This document shows positions 52,898 through 63,622 of a stretch of 64,000 nt of DNA, in pieces. The notes under the pieces are model-generated. The model saw only the letters and a list, made by a program, of their open reading frames with translations, did no database searches and had not been told where the DNA came from. This stretch comes from Candidatus Eiseniibacteriota bacterium (lineage in GTDB: Bacteria; Eisenbacteria; RBG-16-71-46; CAIMUX01; VGJL01): assembly GCA_963792585.1 (NCBI GenBank), contig CAWBWI010000001.1, forward strand, positions 544,001 to 608,000, written 5' to 3'. Numbering within the stretch: the stretch's first letter is position 1; the number at the start of each line of letters is the position of its first letter. A program made the translations under genes and the position numbers.

Positions 52898-55800
52898 GTG
52901 GATCGCTCTCGCAAACACAACGGGTTCCGTCTCATCGAGGCCGCAGTCGCGGTCTGCGTGATCCTCTTCGGCGGGTGCAGCGACGATTCGCCGACGCGCC
53001 CCACCGCCGATGACGGCGCGTACCGGATCCAGACGTTCCGGGCGGAGGAGCCAACGCTCGTCGCGGGCGAGTCGACGACCGTCTCCGCGCGGGTGCTCAC
53101 CGAGGGGGGTGATCCCGCGAGCGGGGTCACGGTCGTCTTCGGCGAGATGCTCGGGAAACAGTCCGGGTCATGGACCCCGGATCGATCTGTGACCGACGCG
53201 GAAGGCTGGGCGCAGACCACCTTCCTCAGCGTCGTCGGGCTCGACGGCCAGACCACCCTGAAAGCGACCGCCGGCTCGGTGAGCGCCTACGTGGTGCTCA
53301 CCTTGGTCCCGCGCGCCTCGAACGCCCTGAACCTGTCGATCTCCTCACCTTCCGGAGCCGCCGCCCTCGCCGCGGACGGCGTCTCGGGTCTGACCCTCCG
53401 GATCACCGCGACGCGGGGGACGGGGCAGCAGGCCGTGGCGGGAGCCTCCATCCGCCTGATCGCGGGGGACCGTTTCGTCGACAGCGACGGCGACGGGCTC
53501 TTCAGCGCCGGCGATCAGCTCGTGCCCGGTGGGGACGCGAACGGGAACGGCCAGTGGGATGCGCTGGGCAGCGTGCCGTCGACGGTCTCGACCGACCCGT
53601 CCGGAAAGGCCGATTTCGTGCTCCGCTCGGAGTCGAAGACCGGCACGACCTACGTTCGCGCAACGGGGGAAGGGGTGGCGGCGGAGTTTGCGGTGCAGTT
53701 CCACCCGACCTCATTGAAGGTCGTCGTTTCCCCGGCTGTCAGCGAACTGATGGCCGACGGCATCAGCACGACCCTGATCCGGGCGGAGGTCACCGACTGG
53801 AGCGCCAATCCGATGTCCGGAGTGATCGTTCGGTTCATCGCCGGCGAGCCCTTCGTCGACGCCGGCGGCGACGGTGAGTTTACCCCCGATGTCGATACCT
53901 ACACCGACCTGAACAGCAACGGCCATTGGGATACGCGCGGCTCCATCGATTCGTACGTTCTCTCGTCGGATGACGGCAGCGCCACGGCCACCTACACGGC
54001 CGGGGTCGACCCGGGCGAGGTGCGTATCCGGGCGACGGTCACCGGTGGATCCGCTGAGGGGATCCTGAATCTCGTCCCCGTGCCGACCGCATCGCGGATT
54101 CTGCTCGAGGGGGACCTGCCCGACGTACTCGCCGACGGACGGTCGCCCGTCACGGTGACCGTGAACGTCGCGGACGTCAACGGCACTCCGATCGCGGGCA
54201 AGCGGGTGCACTTCGTTGCGGGAGAGCGGTTCACGGATGTCAACCTCAACGGCGTCTTCGATGCCGGGACCGATCAACTCCTCTCCGATCTGGACGGCGA
54301 CGATGCGTGGACCGCCATCGGGACGGTCGACGAGAGCGTCGTGACCGGCGAGGGGGGAACGGCAACGGTGACGTACATGGCGGGGCTGCTGACCGGTGAG
54401 ATCGCCGTCAAGGCGACGGTCGACCGAATCTCCGCCGACCTCCCGATCGTCCTGCGTGCCCTCCCGCCGGCGATGGCCGTGCTGCTCGACCGCACGCCGC
54501 CGGAAATCCAGGTGCACGGGGGCGGAGGAATCGACAACTGCGTGTTGACCGCAACCTGCTATGACGCACTCGGGGACGCGGTGCCGGCCGGAGTGCCGGT
54601 CGAGTTCACGATCATCTATGGCCCCGACGGGGGGGAGCAACTGACCGACGCGGTCGACGGAATCTACGCGGCCCGCACGGATGAGGGCGGGAAGGCCCGG
54701 GCCGTCCTGATCGCGGGCACGAAGATTGGAATCGTCGGCGTCGCCGTCCAGGTCGGGCAGGCGTACCGCTCGATCGAGGTCGCGGTGGCGGCGGGCGGGC
54801 CGCACGAGATCCAGCTCAACGCAGAGAATGCGCGGCTCGACTTCTGGAGCCAGACTCCGGTCACCGCCTTCGTCATCGACATCTATGGCAACCCGGTCCG
54901 CGATGGGACCGTGGTCCTCTGGAGCGTGGATGAGGGGATGATCGAAGGCGACGGCTCACCGGCGAGCAGCGAGACCCAGCGCGGCCAGGCGCAGGGGACC
55001 TACTACAGCCTTGGGCCGGCGTTGGGGACGGACTACATCGCCGTGGTCACGGCCCGCGCCCAGGGAACGACGGCCCTCGGCACACTCGAGATCACGCTCA
55101 ACCTCACGCCGCCCCCGCCGATCGCCTCGATCGCGGTCAGTTCGGATCGGCAGCAGATCGACATCCGAAGCACGGGTCCGGCGCAGACGACCGGGATCAT
55201 CGCCCGCGGCTACGACACCGAGGGACGTCCGGTCGGAGCCGGTTACCCGATCGATTTCTGGATCGAATCGGGTCCCAACGGGGGCGAGAATCTCGACGAG
55301 CAGGCTTGGGGACCGGTCACCGGAATCACGAACCAGGACGGCATCGCTCAGGTGCGTCTGAACTCGGGCCGCCTTCCGGGGCCGGTGCGGATCAAGGCGC
55401 ACGGCGGGACCGCGAACTTCGCCACGGTGGAGGTGCAGATCGTTGCCGGTCCGCCAACAGATCTCGTCTGCTCGGCAACGCCGGAGGAGATCGGATCCGA
55501 GGAAACCTGCGAGATCCGCGCCTACCTCTATGACCTGTATCACAACCCGGTGCAGGACGGCGTGCTCGTCAGCTTCCAGGTGGATGAAGGAATGGTCGTG
55601 GGACTCGACGGTCCCGGTTCGAGCCGGACGGTCGACGGGGTGGCGATCGCGACCTACCACAGCCTGACCCCGCTTCCGGGGGGCGATGGCGTTGCCGACC
55701 TCGTGTGCACCGCCGAGGGCGGGGTTCTCTCCTGCACGACCCACGTGCGGATTCCGATCCTCCCCACAGGACTCTCGGCACTGAGCCTCACCTGCAACGA

Positions 55801-57073
55801 GACCGCCTTGACGGTCAGTGGGGTGGGGGGCACGGAGAGCGCGTCGCTGCGGGTCGTTGCGCGCGGGCCGGGCGGCGGGATCGTTGGCGCCGACTACCCG
55901 ATCCGCTTCGAGATCGACGCGGGGCCCGACGGTGGTGAGAGCCTCGACGGCGTTGTGGGCGGACCCCGACAGGTCGTGACGAACGACGCGGGAGAGGCGA
56001 CGGTGACGCTGCGCAGCGGCCGGACCGCCGGCGCGGCGCGCATCACGGCGCGATCGGGCGGAGTGCAGAGCAACACCATCACGGTCCCGCTGCGGCCCGG
56101 CCCCGCGGATGCCATCCACTGCTGGGCCGGCAATCCCGTGATCGCGGAGGACGACACGACGACGGTCTTCGTGACCGTGCGCGACGCGAATCAGAACCCG
56201 GTTTCCGATTCGACCGTGGTGACCTTCGCCTTCGATGAGGGATGGGTGCTCGGCGAAGCGTACCCGGGGGCTCTCTTCAGCTATACGCTCGGAGGTGCGG
56301 CACAGGGGCTCTACCATTCGCCTGGCGCGGATGCCGGCGGCGACGGGTGGGCCGTCATCGACGCGACCGTCCTCGACGGACCCTCTTGTCGAACCCGCGT
56401 GTCCATTCCGAGCACACAGACGGAGATCGTTGCGGTGATGCTGAGATCGACCGATTCGGAAATCGGTGTGCTCGGCACGGGCGCAGTCGATCAAACGACT
56501 CTGATCGCGACACCGACCAATGCGCAGGGGAATCCGGTGGGGTCCGGCGCGACGGTCGTCTTCACGATCACATCCGGCCCCGGAGGTGGGGAACTGGTGG
56601 ATGGGGAGAACCCGTCCGTGTCGGCGCTCACGCGAATCGACGGCACCGCGCGGGTCACGCTAACCGCCGGCACCCGATCGGGTCTCGTGTCGATCGAGGC
56701 GCGGGCCGGGACGCAAGCCGCCGACCACTGGCCGGTCGTGATCGCAGCCGGTCCACCGACGTTCATCGAGTGCGCGGCGCCCGACTCCGCGGCGTGCGGC
56801 GCCTTCTTCAATGATGGTTCGGTCCGCGCGCATGTCTCGGACACCTACCACAATCCGGTCCGGGATGGCACGACCGTCTGGTTCTCCGCAGATGCCGGCT
56901 TGATCTATGGATTGGATGGACAGGGCTCGACGATGACGATCAACGGCGTTGCGCTCGCGAGCTACTACGCTCCGCTCTCGAGCGAGTGCCTGGGTTGGTC
57001 GAGCGCCGTCCTGACCTTCCGCGTGGCCGAGCTGGTCTGCACGCGAACGGTGGTGAAGAAACTCTCGCCGTAG
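52898..57073 (+). CDS. Large lipoprotein of tandem Ig-like (Big_1/invasin-type) domains
   Basis: AGGAGG RBS + GTG, lipobox FGGC, repeated LxADG, DxxGNPV, TDxxGxA motifs. Confidence 0.85.
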   Translation: MDRSRKHNGFRLIEAAVAVCVILFGGCSDDSPTRPTADDGAYRIQTFRAEEPTLVAGESTTVSARVLTEGGDPASGVTVVFGEMLGKQSGSWTPDRSVTDAEGWAQTTFLSVVGLDGQTTLKATAGSVSAYVVLTLVPRASNALNLSISSPSGAAALAADGVSGLTLRITATRGTGQQAVAGASIRLIAGDRFVDSDGDGLFSAGDQLVPGGDANGNGQWDALGSVPSTVSTDPSGKADFVLRSESKTGTTYVRATGEGVAAEFAVQFHPTSLKVVVSPAVSELMADGISTTLIRAEVTDWSANPMSGVIVRFIAGEPFVDAGGDGEFTPDVDTYTDLNSNGHWDTRGSIDSYVLSSDDGSATATYTAGVDPGEVRIRATVTGGSAEGILNLVPVPTASRILLEGDLPDVLADGRSPVTVTVNVADVNGTPIAGKRVHFVAGERFTDVNLNGVFDAGTDQLLSDLDGDDAWTAIGTVDESVVTGEGGTATVTYMAGLLTGEIAVKATVDRISADLPIVLRALPPAMAVLLDRTPPEIQVHGGGGIDNCVLTATCYDALGDAVPAGVPVEFTIIYGPDGGEQLTDAVDGIYAARTDEGGKARAVLIAGTKIGIVGVAVQVGQAYRSIEVAVAAGGPHEIQLNAENARLDFWSQTPVTAFVIDIYGNPVRDGTVVLWSVDEGMIEGDGSPASSETQRGQAQGTYYSLGPALGTDYIAVVTARAQGTTALGTLEITLNLTPPPPIASIAVSSDRQQIDIRSTGPAQTTGIIARGYDTEGRPVGAGYPIDFWIESGPNGGENLDEQAWGPVTGITNQDGIAQVRLNSGRLPGPVRIKAHGGTANFATVEVQIVAGPPTDLVCSATPEEIGSEETCEIRAYLYDLYHNPVQDGVLVSFQVDEGMVVGLDGPGSSRTVDGVAIATYHSLTPLPGGDGVADLVCTAEGGVLSCTTHVRIPILPTGLSALSLTCNETALTVSGVGGTESASLRVVARGPGGGIVGADYPIRFEIDAGPDGGESLDGVVGGPRQVVTNDAGEATVTLRSGRTAGAARITARSGGVQSNTITVPLRPGPADAIHCWAGNPVIAEDDTTTVFVTVRDANQNPVSDSTVVTFAFDEGWVLGEAYPGALFSYTLGGAAQGLYHSPGADAGGDGWAVIDATVLDGPSCRTRVSIPSTQTEIVAVMLRSTDSEIGVLGTGAVDQTTLIATPTNAQGNPVGSGATVVFTITSGPGGGELVDGENPSVSALTRIDGTARVTLTAGTRSGLVSIEARAGTQAADHWPVVIAAGPPTFIECAAPDSAACGAFFNDGSVRAHVSDTYHNPVRDGTTVWFSADAGLIYGLDGQGSTMTINGVALASYYAPLSSECLGWSSAVLTFRVAELVCTRTVVKKLSP

Positions 57074-57098
57074 TCCGCGACAGCCTTCCCTACTTGTT

Positions 57099-57140
57099 GG
57101 GCGGGATCCCCCAAACCTCGGGGGATCTCGCCCGTTTTTT
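57099..57140 (+). terminator. Rho-independent terminator
   Basis: GGGCGGGATCCCCC-7 nt-GGGGGATCTCGCCC then G and T6. Confidence 0.88.
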
Positions 57141-57177
57141 CGCATTTCCCCATGGGATGAAAGTCACGTCGTGGTCG

Positions 57178-57234
57178 TAACCCCTTGGTACGGCACGGCT
57201 CGAAACGGATGTCCGTTCTGGTATGACCCATGCT
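57178..57234 (+). promoter_or_regulatory. Candidate sigma54 promoter with upstream IHF-like site
   Basis: TGG-tatgaccca-TGCT gives GG-N10-GC (57220-57233); TAA-cccc-TTG (57178-57187) matches the core of YAANNNNTTGATW. Confidence 0.55.
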
Positions 57235-57247
57235 CTATGCCAATATC

Positions 57248-57378
57248 GGAATCCCGCTCATCGGGATTCCACAGCAGGCCCCTGCGAGAAGGGTGCGGAT
57301 ACGTCCCCGGTTCAGATCCGACGGCGCGTGGAGTGATCTAGGCAACGGGAACGGCACCATCGAGCGGGGGCCTTGCTG
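57248..57378 (+). ncRNA. Candidate structured RNA (small hairpin + long rod)
   Basis: GGAATCCCG/CGGGATTCC hairpin followed by four nested helices; no family recognised. Confidence 0.35.
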
Positions 57379-57389
57379 CGCCCTCCGCA

Positions 57390-57418
57390 TTGACCGCCGG
57401 AACGACCGGTGCTACGGT
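57390..57418 (+). promoter_or_regulatory. Sigma70 promoter upstream of porV-like operon
   Basis: TTGACC-17 bp-TACGGT with extended TG. Confidence 0.55.
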
Positions 57419-57617
57419 CCCCCCGTTTATCAGCGATCGATCGGCCTGAAGCCGCCTCCGGGCCCCTGCGCCGGGCCGGGTAGGCCTTTCCCGGGGGCGT
57501 TGTGGCCCCGGGAACTCAATGCTAGACTTCACGGAACCGGGCCTCGGCCCCGGGGGTACGGGTGAGTCTGATTGCGCCCACCCGGGCCGCCGGCGTCGTC
57601 TATGGAGGGAGGGTATC

Positions 57618-58589
57618 TTGAAGCTCCGGATTCTTGTCTCGGCTGGCCTTGTGGCGCTCCTGACCACCGGTCTGGCGACCTGCGCGCTCGCTCAAGGGAC
57701 GAGCGGCGCCCAGTCGCTCAACATCACCCCAGGGGCTCGCGCGGATGGCATGGGCCGGGCGAACGTCGCCCTCTCGAACGATGCGACCTCGAACTGGTGG
57801 AACCCGGCTGCCCTGGCCTTGGTCAACCAGAAGGTCTTTTCGCTCATGCACACCCAGCTCGTCCCCGACCTGGCGGACGACGTCTACTACGAGTTCCTCG
57901 GCTATCACCAGCACGTCGAGGGTTGGGGAGGCGTCGGCGCGAGCCTGATCTTCCTCACCTATGGAAAGAGCATCGCCACCGATGAGCAGGGCAACGAGCG
58001 CGGCACGTTCTCGAGCTATGAGCTATCGCCGTCGCTCTCCCTCGGGACGGAGATCGCGAAGGGATTGTCCGCCGGCGTTTCGCTGAAGTACGTCTATGTG
58101 AACCTGGCCCCGAAGGAGTTCACCCTCGACGGCCAGGCCGGGACGGGGGACACCTTTGCCGCCGACCTCGGCGCCCTGTACGACATTCCCGGGATCGGGG
58201 CGCGGATCGGCGTCAACGTGCAGAACCTCGGTCCGAAGATCTCCTTCATCGACGAGGACCAGAGCGACCCGATCGGCCGCAACCTGAAGGTCGGCCTCGG
58301 CGTCAAGGCGCTCGACACCGGCACATTCCGCGTTCTCGCGGAAGGCGACGTCAACAAGAGCCTCGTTTACTCCGACGAGAAGCCGATCTTGAACGGCGGG
58401 TTCGAACTCTCCTACAGCAGCTACGCCGCGATCCGCGGTGGGTACATCTACGACAAGGATGGGGATATCCGCGATCCATCGTTCGGGTTCGGAGTTCAGG
58501 TCGGTACCCTCGCATTCGACTATGCGAGCGTGCCGCAGGCCCGCGGACTCGATCGGGTGAGCAAGTTCTCGTTGAACTACCGGTTCTAG
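57618..58589 (+). CDS. PorV/PorQ-family outer membrane beta-barrel
   Basis: SLNITPGARADGMG, WWNPAAL, NVQNLGPKISF, terminal SLNYRF; TTG start after GGAGG. Confidence 0.85.
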   Translation: MKLRILVSAGLVALLTTGLATCALAQGTSGAQSLNITPGARADGMGRANVALSNDATSNWWNPAALALVNQKVFSLMHTQLVPDLADDVYYEFLGYHQHVEGWGGVGASLIFLTYGKSIATDEQGNERGTFSSYELSPSLSLGTEIAKGLSAGVSLKYVYVNLAPKEFTLDGQAGTGDTFAADLGALYDIPGIGARIGVNVQNLGPKISFIDEDQSDPIGRNLKVGLGVKALDTGTFRVLAEGDVNKSLVYSDEKPILNGGFELSYSSYAAIRGGYIYDKDGDIRDPSFGFGVQVGTLAFDYASVPQARGLDRVSKFSLNYRF

Positions 58590-58607
58590 GGAAACACGGT
58601 TCGACCT

Positions 58608-61600
58608 TTGAGGCGCCGCGCAATCCGTCTGCTCCTGCTCCTGATCGTGGCGGGAATCCTCCCTCTGTCCGCCATCGCAGGTGCCCGCGCACTGAAGATC
58701 GTATCCGGCATGCGCGCGCCGAGTGCGGGGGGGCGGTGGTCGCGCCGCGGCCGTTCCCGCACCTGCTCACGCGTGGTACGTTCCCTCGCACTACGGAAAC
58801 GGAAGGGCCCCGCAGCGGCAACGCCCGCTGGGCGGAGGCGACCCGCCTTCCCACCGTATCGCGCCAGGCGCCGCGGATGCTGTCCGACCTGGGGGACGAC
58901 CCGGGGAGCGCGCTCCGCGCGTTACGGACCCTGCGCGAGCGGGCAGAGCCCGAAACGGTCCGGATCCTCGCGATCCGGGTCGATTTCCTCGAGGACTCCG
59001 CCCTGGACGAGTCGACGGGCGACGGGCGGTTCGACATGCGCACGGCCGACTCGGCCGAGGTCGCGATCGACGGACCTCCGCACAATCGCGCCTACTTCGA
59101 GGCGCATCTCGAGGCCCTGCGGCGCTACTACGACGTGCAGACCAACGGCGGGCTCGTGCTCGACTACGATGTCTACCCGCAGGAGCCCGATTCCTGCTAT
59201 CACCTGTCGGACACGGCGATCTACGGACCCTGGATCTTCAGCGTCAGCAGCGACTCGATCCTCGCCCGCGCCGATCGGGTCGTGCGAAACTCCATCCACC
59301 TCGCCGACAGCCTCGATGCATCGATCGACTGGAAGCGGTATCAGAGTTTCCTGGTCTTCCATGCAGGCGCGGACTTCCAAGGGGACATCCGCCAGGACAC
59401 GAACTACGACATCCCGAGCTTCAATCTCGGGCTCGGCGACTCCATGGAGGTCGTCGTCGGCGGCGCGGACTCCGTCAAGGTCAACCTCGTCATGGTCGTG
59501 CCGGAGACCGTCTCTCAGGACGGTTTCACGGCTGCCCTGAACGGGGTGATGGCGCACGAGTTCGGTCACCAGCTTGGTTTCTTCGACCTCTACAACGTGT
59601 TCAGCGGACTGCCGGTTGTCGGCGCCTTCAGCCTCATGGACTCCGGTGAGAGCATGTACGGGACCGTCGCCGATCCATACGATTCGACGCAGGTGGTCGC
59701 CGTGCGGGGCATCCTGCCGGCGAGCATCGATCCGTGGCACCGGATGGTCTTCCCATTCTTCAATCTGAATGTCCAGGAGGGGCACGACGGCGATCTCCTA
59801 TCCCTGCCGGGAGTGCTCCAGGGGAACGATCTGCTCTACGTGCCGATCCACCTCGCCGAGTACTACCTCTGCGAGACGCGGCCGATGAGCTACGAAGCCG
59901 ACAGCCTTTGGGCCCTCCGCGCCGATCCGGAGACCGGTGTGGTGCTCGGCCCCGAGTCGGCGACCGGGGACTCGGCGGATGTGATGAGCAGGCTGAATTA
60001 CGACTTCCTCCTGCCCGGCGGCGGCATGCTGATCTGGCACATCGACGAGCTCGCGGCCCAGACGGGGCTGGCGTCTCCGTACGGCAGCATCAACATCTTC
60101 GACGACCGGCGCGGAGTCGATATCGAGGAGGCCGATGGAATCCAGGACATCGGCACGGCATCCTCGGAGTTCACGGGAGGTCCCTACGATCCGTTCTTCC
60201 TGGGGGGATTCTCCTTGTTCGGTCCCGAGACCGAGCCGAGCACGGCAAGCAATGACGGGAGCCCGACCGGCATCTCCTTCAGCGTTCTCGACTCCATCGG
60301 GGTGACGATGCGCGTGCGCGTCGGCGAGCCGCGCGAAGTGCGCGGCTTCCCGATCGGATTCGGTGCGGGGACCGCTGCGGTCAACCCCCTCAACCAGCTC
60401 GATCTGGACGGCGATGGATTCGATGAGATCCTCCTCGCGGCGGGGACGACTCTCTTCGCCGTGACGGTGGACGGGAGGGGATTCGCGAACGACGGAGACC
60501 GGGTCGTCTTCGCATCGTTCCCCGACACGTTGGAGGAGGGACCCGCGATCGGCGATGGGCCGACGATCCTGGCGCGCGCCGGGGGGCAGGCCTGGTGGTT
60601 CGATCCGACGGGCAGCCTGCTGAGCGTCTGGCCGGACGACCCCGCGCGCGTACGCGTCACGGCGGGTCCGATTTCAGCGCCGGGCGGGTTGACGATCGTC
60701 GGGTGCAGCGATGGGGCGATTCGCGGGCTGCGTCCCGATGGGACGACGGCTCAGGTGCTCTGGAGCCTGCCCATCGGCGGACCGACCGACCCGGTGACCG
60801 TCGTTGCGGCGGGCCGAACGAATCCGGAGGACGCGATCGCGCTCGCGGCCGGCTCCGCCGACGGGCGCGTGTTCCGGGGTGGGCTCACCGATGAGAACAG
60901 CGCCCCATTCACGATGCGAGGATGGCCGCTATCGGGGGGCAACGGCCCGGTTCTCGATCTGCTCCTGCTGCGCGCGCCGCTGCGCTCCGCGGAGGAGGCG
61001 CAGGAACTCCTCCTCGTGACGACCGGAGGTGAGCGGGTCGATCTGAAGCTCGTCTCGGGCGCCTCCGTGCCAGGATGGCCGAAGACGCTTCCCGACACGA
61101 TCGCGGGCAGTCCCGCCGTCGGGGATCTCGACGGGGACGGAGTTCTCGAGGTTTCGGTGACCACGCGGGCCGGGGACCTGGAGCTTTGGGATCTTGCGGG
61201 CTCTCAGGAGCCGCACTGGCCGCGTTCTCTCTGGCATCCCGACGCGGGACGCCGGCCCACCTGCATGGCGGGCCCACGCCTCTGGGACCTCGATGGCGAC
61301 GGGACGATCGAGCTGACCCAGATGCGCGGGGATGGGATGATCGTCGTCATCGACAACGACGGCCGGCCCGCGCGTTCGTGGCCCTACGCGACCGGATCGT
61401 ACGCGGCGGACGGCCCTCTGCACATGCTCGCGCCGGACGGCAACGAGCGCTGGTATGCGGCGGACGCGATCAGCGACTCGCTGACGGCGCTGACAGGCTT
61501 GGCCCTGCTGGGCGCGACCGGGGCGACCCAAGACGAGACGCGCGGCTGTTTCCCTGGCCCTCGGGGCGGTCCGGGCCGCACGGGCGTCTATCCGGCCTCC

Positions 61601-61915
61601 CTCGTTCCCACGCCAAAGACGGCGGCCGCCTTCTTCGACCCGCGCTCGCTCATCCTCCACCCGAATCCGGTTCTGGGGGACGTGCTGAAGATCCGGTATG
61701 TCCTGGGGGAGCGGGCGACGATATCCCTCGAGGCGATCGACCTGAGCGGGAGCATCGCGGGTCGAACGGAATGGGAGGGTCATCCGGGCGCAGGGGGGGA
61801 GACGCATGGTTGGGACGTCTCGAACCTCGCGCCGGGCGTCTACGTGATCCGAATGAACATTCGTGGTTCGACCGAGGAGAAACTCCTGATGCGGAAGATT
61901 GCGATCGTCCGATGA
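58608..61915 (+). CDS. M6-like metalloprotease with FG-GAP repeats and T9SS-type/FlgD-Ig C-terminal domain (one frameshift near 58730)
   Basis: Signal peptide in 58608 frame; HEFGHQLGFFDLY, FSLMD, DLDGDG repeats, HPNP...LAPGVYVIR...KIAIVR. Confidence 0.85.
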
Positions 61916-61989
61916 CGGCGCGCTCGGGCGGTCGGACGGATGCATACGGGACTTCCCCGCGGACCTCGCGGCTGGATAGAATCGGACGC

Positions 61990-62871
61990 ATGAAGCTCGT
62001 CTTGGTTGCCGGGTCCTGCATGCTGATCGCCGTCTTCTGTGCTCCGCCCGCTGGTGCCGCCCATGCCTCGTCCGGTCTAGCCGGGACCGGCGGTCCCCTC
62101 CCGTCCCTGGACCAACGGACACATCCCGGTTCCAATCGCGCAATGGCTCGTTCGGAGGAATCGGCGCGGGCCACCGGCGTCTCACGCGCCGCCGTCCGTC
62201 AGGCGTCGATGGCCATGCTCGGGATGACCACGCGGGAAGACCGCGCGGGGCGCGTGAATCCCGGGGTCGCATTCCTCATGAGCGCCGTGCTGCCCGGATC
62301 GGGGCAGATCGCCGAGGGACGCAACCGCGCGTTCGCCTACCTCGGCGTCGAAGCGCTCGCCTGGATCGCCCACTTCTCCTGGCTCGACGCCGGGAACAAA
62401 AAGGAAGGGGAATACGAAAGCTATGCCCGGCATCACTGGGCGCTCGACAAGTGGGACTTCTACGCCGCCGACTCCGCTTGCGCGCTCCCGCCGGGTGTGA
62501 GCTACGCCAATTCGAAAGAGACGATCGAGGGCTTCCTGGAAGCGCAAAACTACCAGCACTACTACGAGGACATTGGGAAACTCGAGGCGTACCGGGCCGG
62601 ATGGGATGACTTCGACTGCGCGCGGCCGAACTCGATGTCCGCGAACCGAAGGCACTATCGCGGGATGCGGGAGGACAGCAACAACTATCTCGATTCCGCC
62701 CGCAACGCCCTGACGGTGATCTTCTTGAACCACGTCATCTCCGCGGTCGACGCCTACCGCACGGCAAAGGGGGCTCACCTGTCCCTCCCCGGTGGGGCGG
62801 AGATGAAGTTCCGTGTCGCGGGGTCCCCGCGGAACCCGAGCGTAGGCTTGCGTGTGACACGGGCATGGTGA
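61990..62871 (+). CDS. Secreted/outer-membrane hypothetical protein (DUF5683-like)
   Basis: AFLMSAVLPGSGQ, QHYYEDIGK, NHVISAVDAY; alternative start 61912. Confidence 0.7.
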   Translation: MKLVLVAGSCMLIAVFCAPPAGAAHASSGLAGTGGPLPSLDQRTHPGSNRAMARSEESARATGVSRAAVRQASMAMLGMTTREDRAGRVNPGVAFLMSAVLPGSGQIAEGRNRAFAYLGVEALAWIAHFSWLDAGNKKEGEYESYARHHWALDKWDFYAADSACALPPGVSYANSKETIEGFLEAQNYQHYYEDIGKLEAYRAGWDDFDCARPNSMSANRRHYRGMREDSNNYLDSARNALTVIFLNHVISAVDAYRTAKGAHLSLPGGAEMKFRVAGSPRNPSVGLRVTRAW

Positions 62872-63614
62872 GGAGGCTCTTCGGTCCCGCCCGCCAAGAA
62901 GGCGCGGGCGTGGGGAGGATGGCCCGAACGGTCGTCGCGGCGACGGTGACGGCACTTCTCGTCGGTTCGCTGGCGCCGTCGCGCTCGCTCGCAAATGCGG
63001 ATCCGCCGGGACGTCTTCGGGTGCTCGGTCTCTCGCTTCTCCTGCCCGGCCTGGGACATCGCGCCCTCGGCTACAAGGATCGATCCGCCGCGCTCATGGT
63101 CGCCGACGGTGCGATCTGGACGAGCTTCGTGACGCTGCGGGTCCAGGGCGGAATTCGCAAGGACGGATACGTCGAAATGGCCAAGACCGGCGCGGGCGTG
63201 GCAAAGGCCGAGGGACGATCGGACGAGTACTACCGGTTGCTCGGATCCTACCCGTCGTCGGACACATACGACGATGAGATCCGCAGAGATGCCCGCGCGC
63301 GCTACCCGGATGATCTCGAGGCGCGCGCATCCTATTTCGACCGCAACCGGATCCCCGATGAACGGCGCTGGGAGTGGGGTTCCTCCGCTGTCTGGCAACG
63401 ATATCGCGACAAGCGGGGCGATGCCCTCCGGTCGAACAAACGGGCCTCGTACATGCTGGGCCTGGCGGTGGCGAATCGGCTGCTGGCTGCCGTCGACGGG
63501 CTCCGTCTCGTCCACAAGCAGGGGCAGGAGCCGAAGCTCGGCTTCTTCCTCTCGGCCGATCCCCTCGACTCGAGCACGCCGGCCTACCTCGGCGTCAACC
63601 TACGACTTCCCTGA
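62865..63614 (+). CDS. Hypothetical protein, DUF5683-like paralog
   Basis: LSLLLPGLGH, WEW, NRLLAAVDG. Confidence 0.7.
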   Translation: MVRRLFGPARQEGAGVGRMARTVVAATVTALLVGSLAPSRSLANADPPGRLRVLGLSLLLPGLGHRALGYKDRSAALMVADGAIWTSFVTLRVQGGIRKDGYVEMAKTGAGVAKAEGRSDEYYRLLGSYPSSDTYDDEIRRDARARYPDDLEARASYFDRNRIPDERRWEWGSSAVWQRYRDKRGDALRSNKRASYMLGLAVANRLLAAVDGLRLVHKQGQEPKLGFFLSADPLDSSTPAYLGVNLRLP

Positions 63615-63622
63615 CGGGTCCG

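Noticed and set aside
57230..57565. 111-aa ORF in the intergenic region before porV-like gene
   Set aside because: No RBS, low-complexity composition, start overlaps the candidate -12 element.
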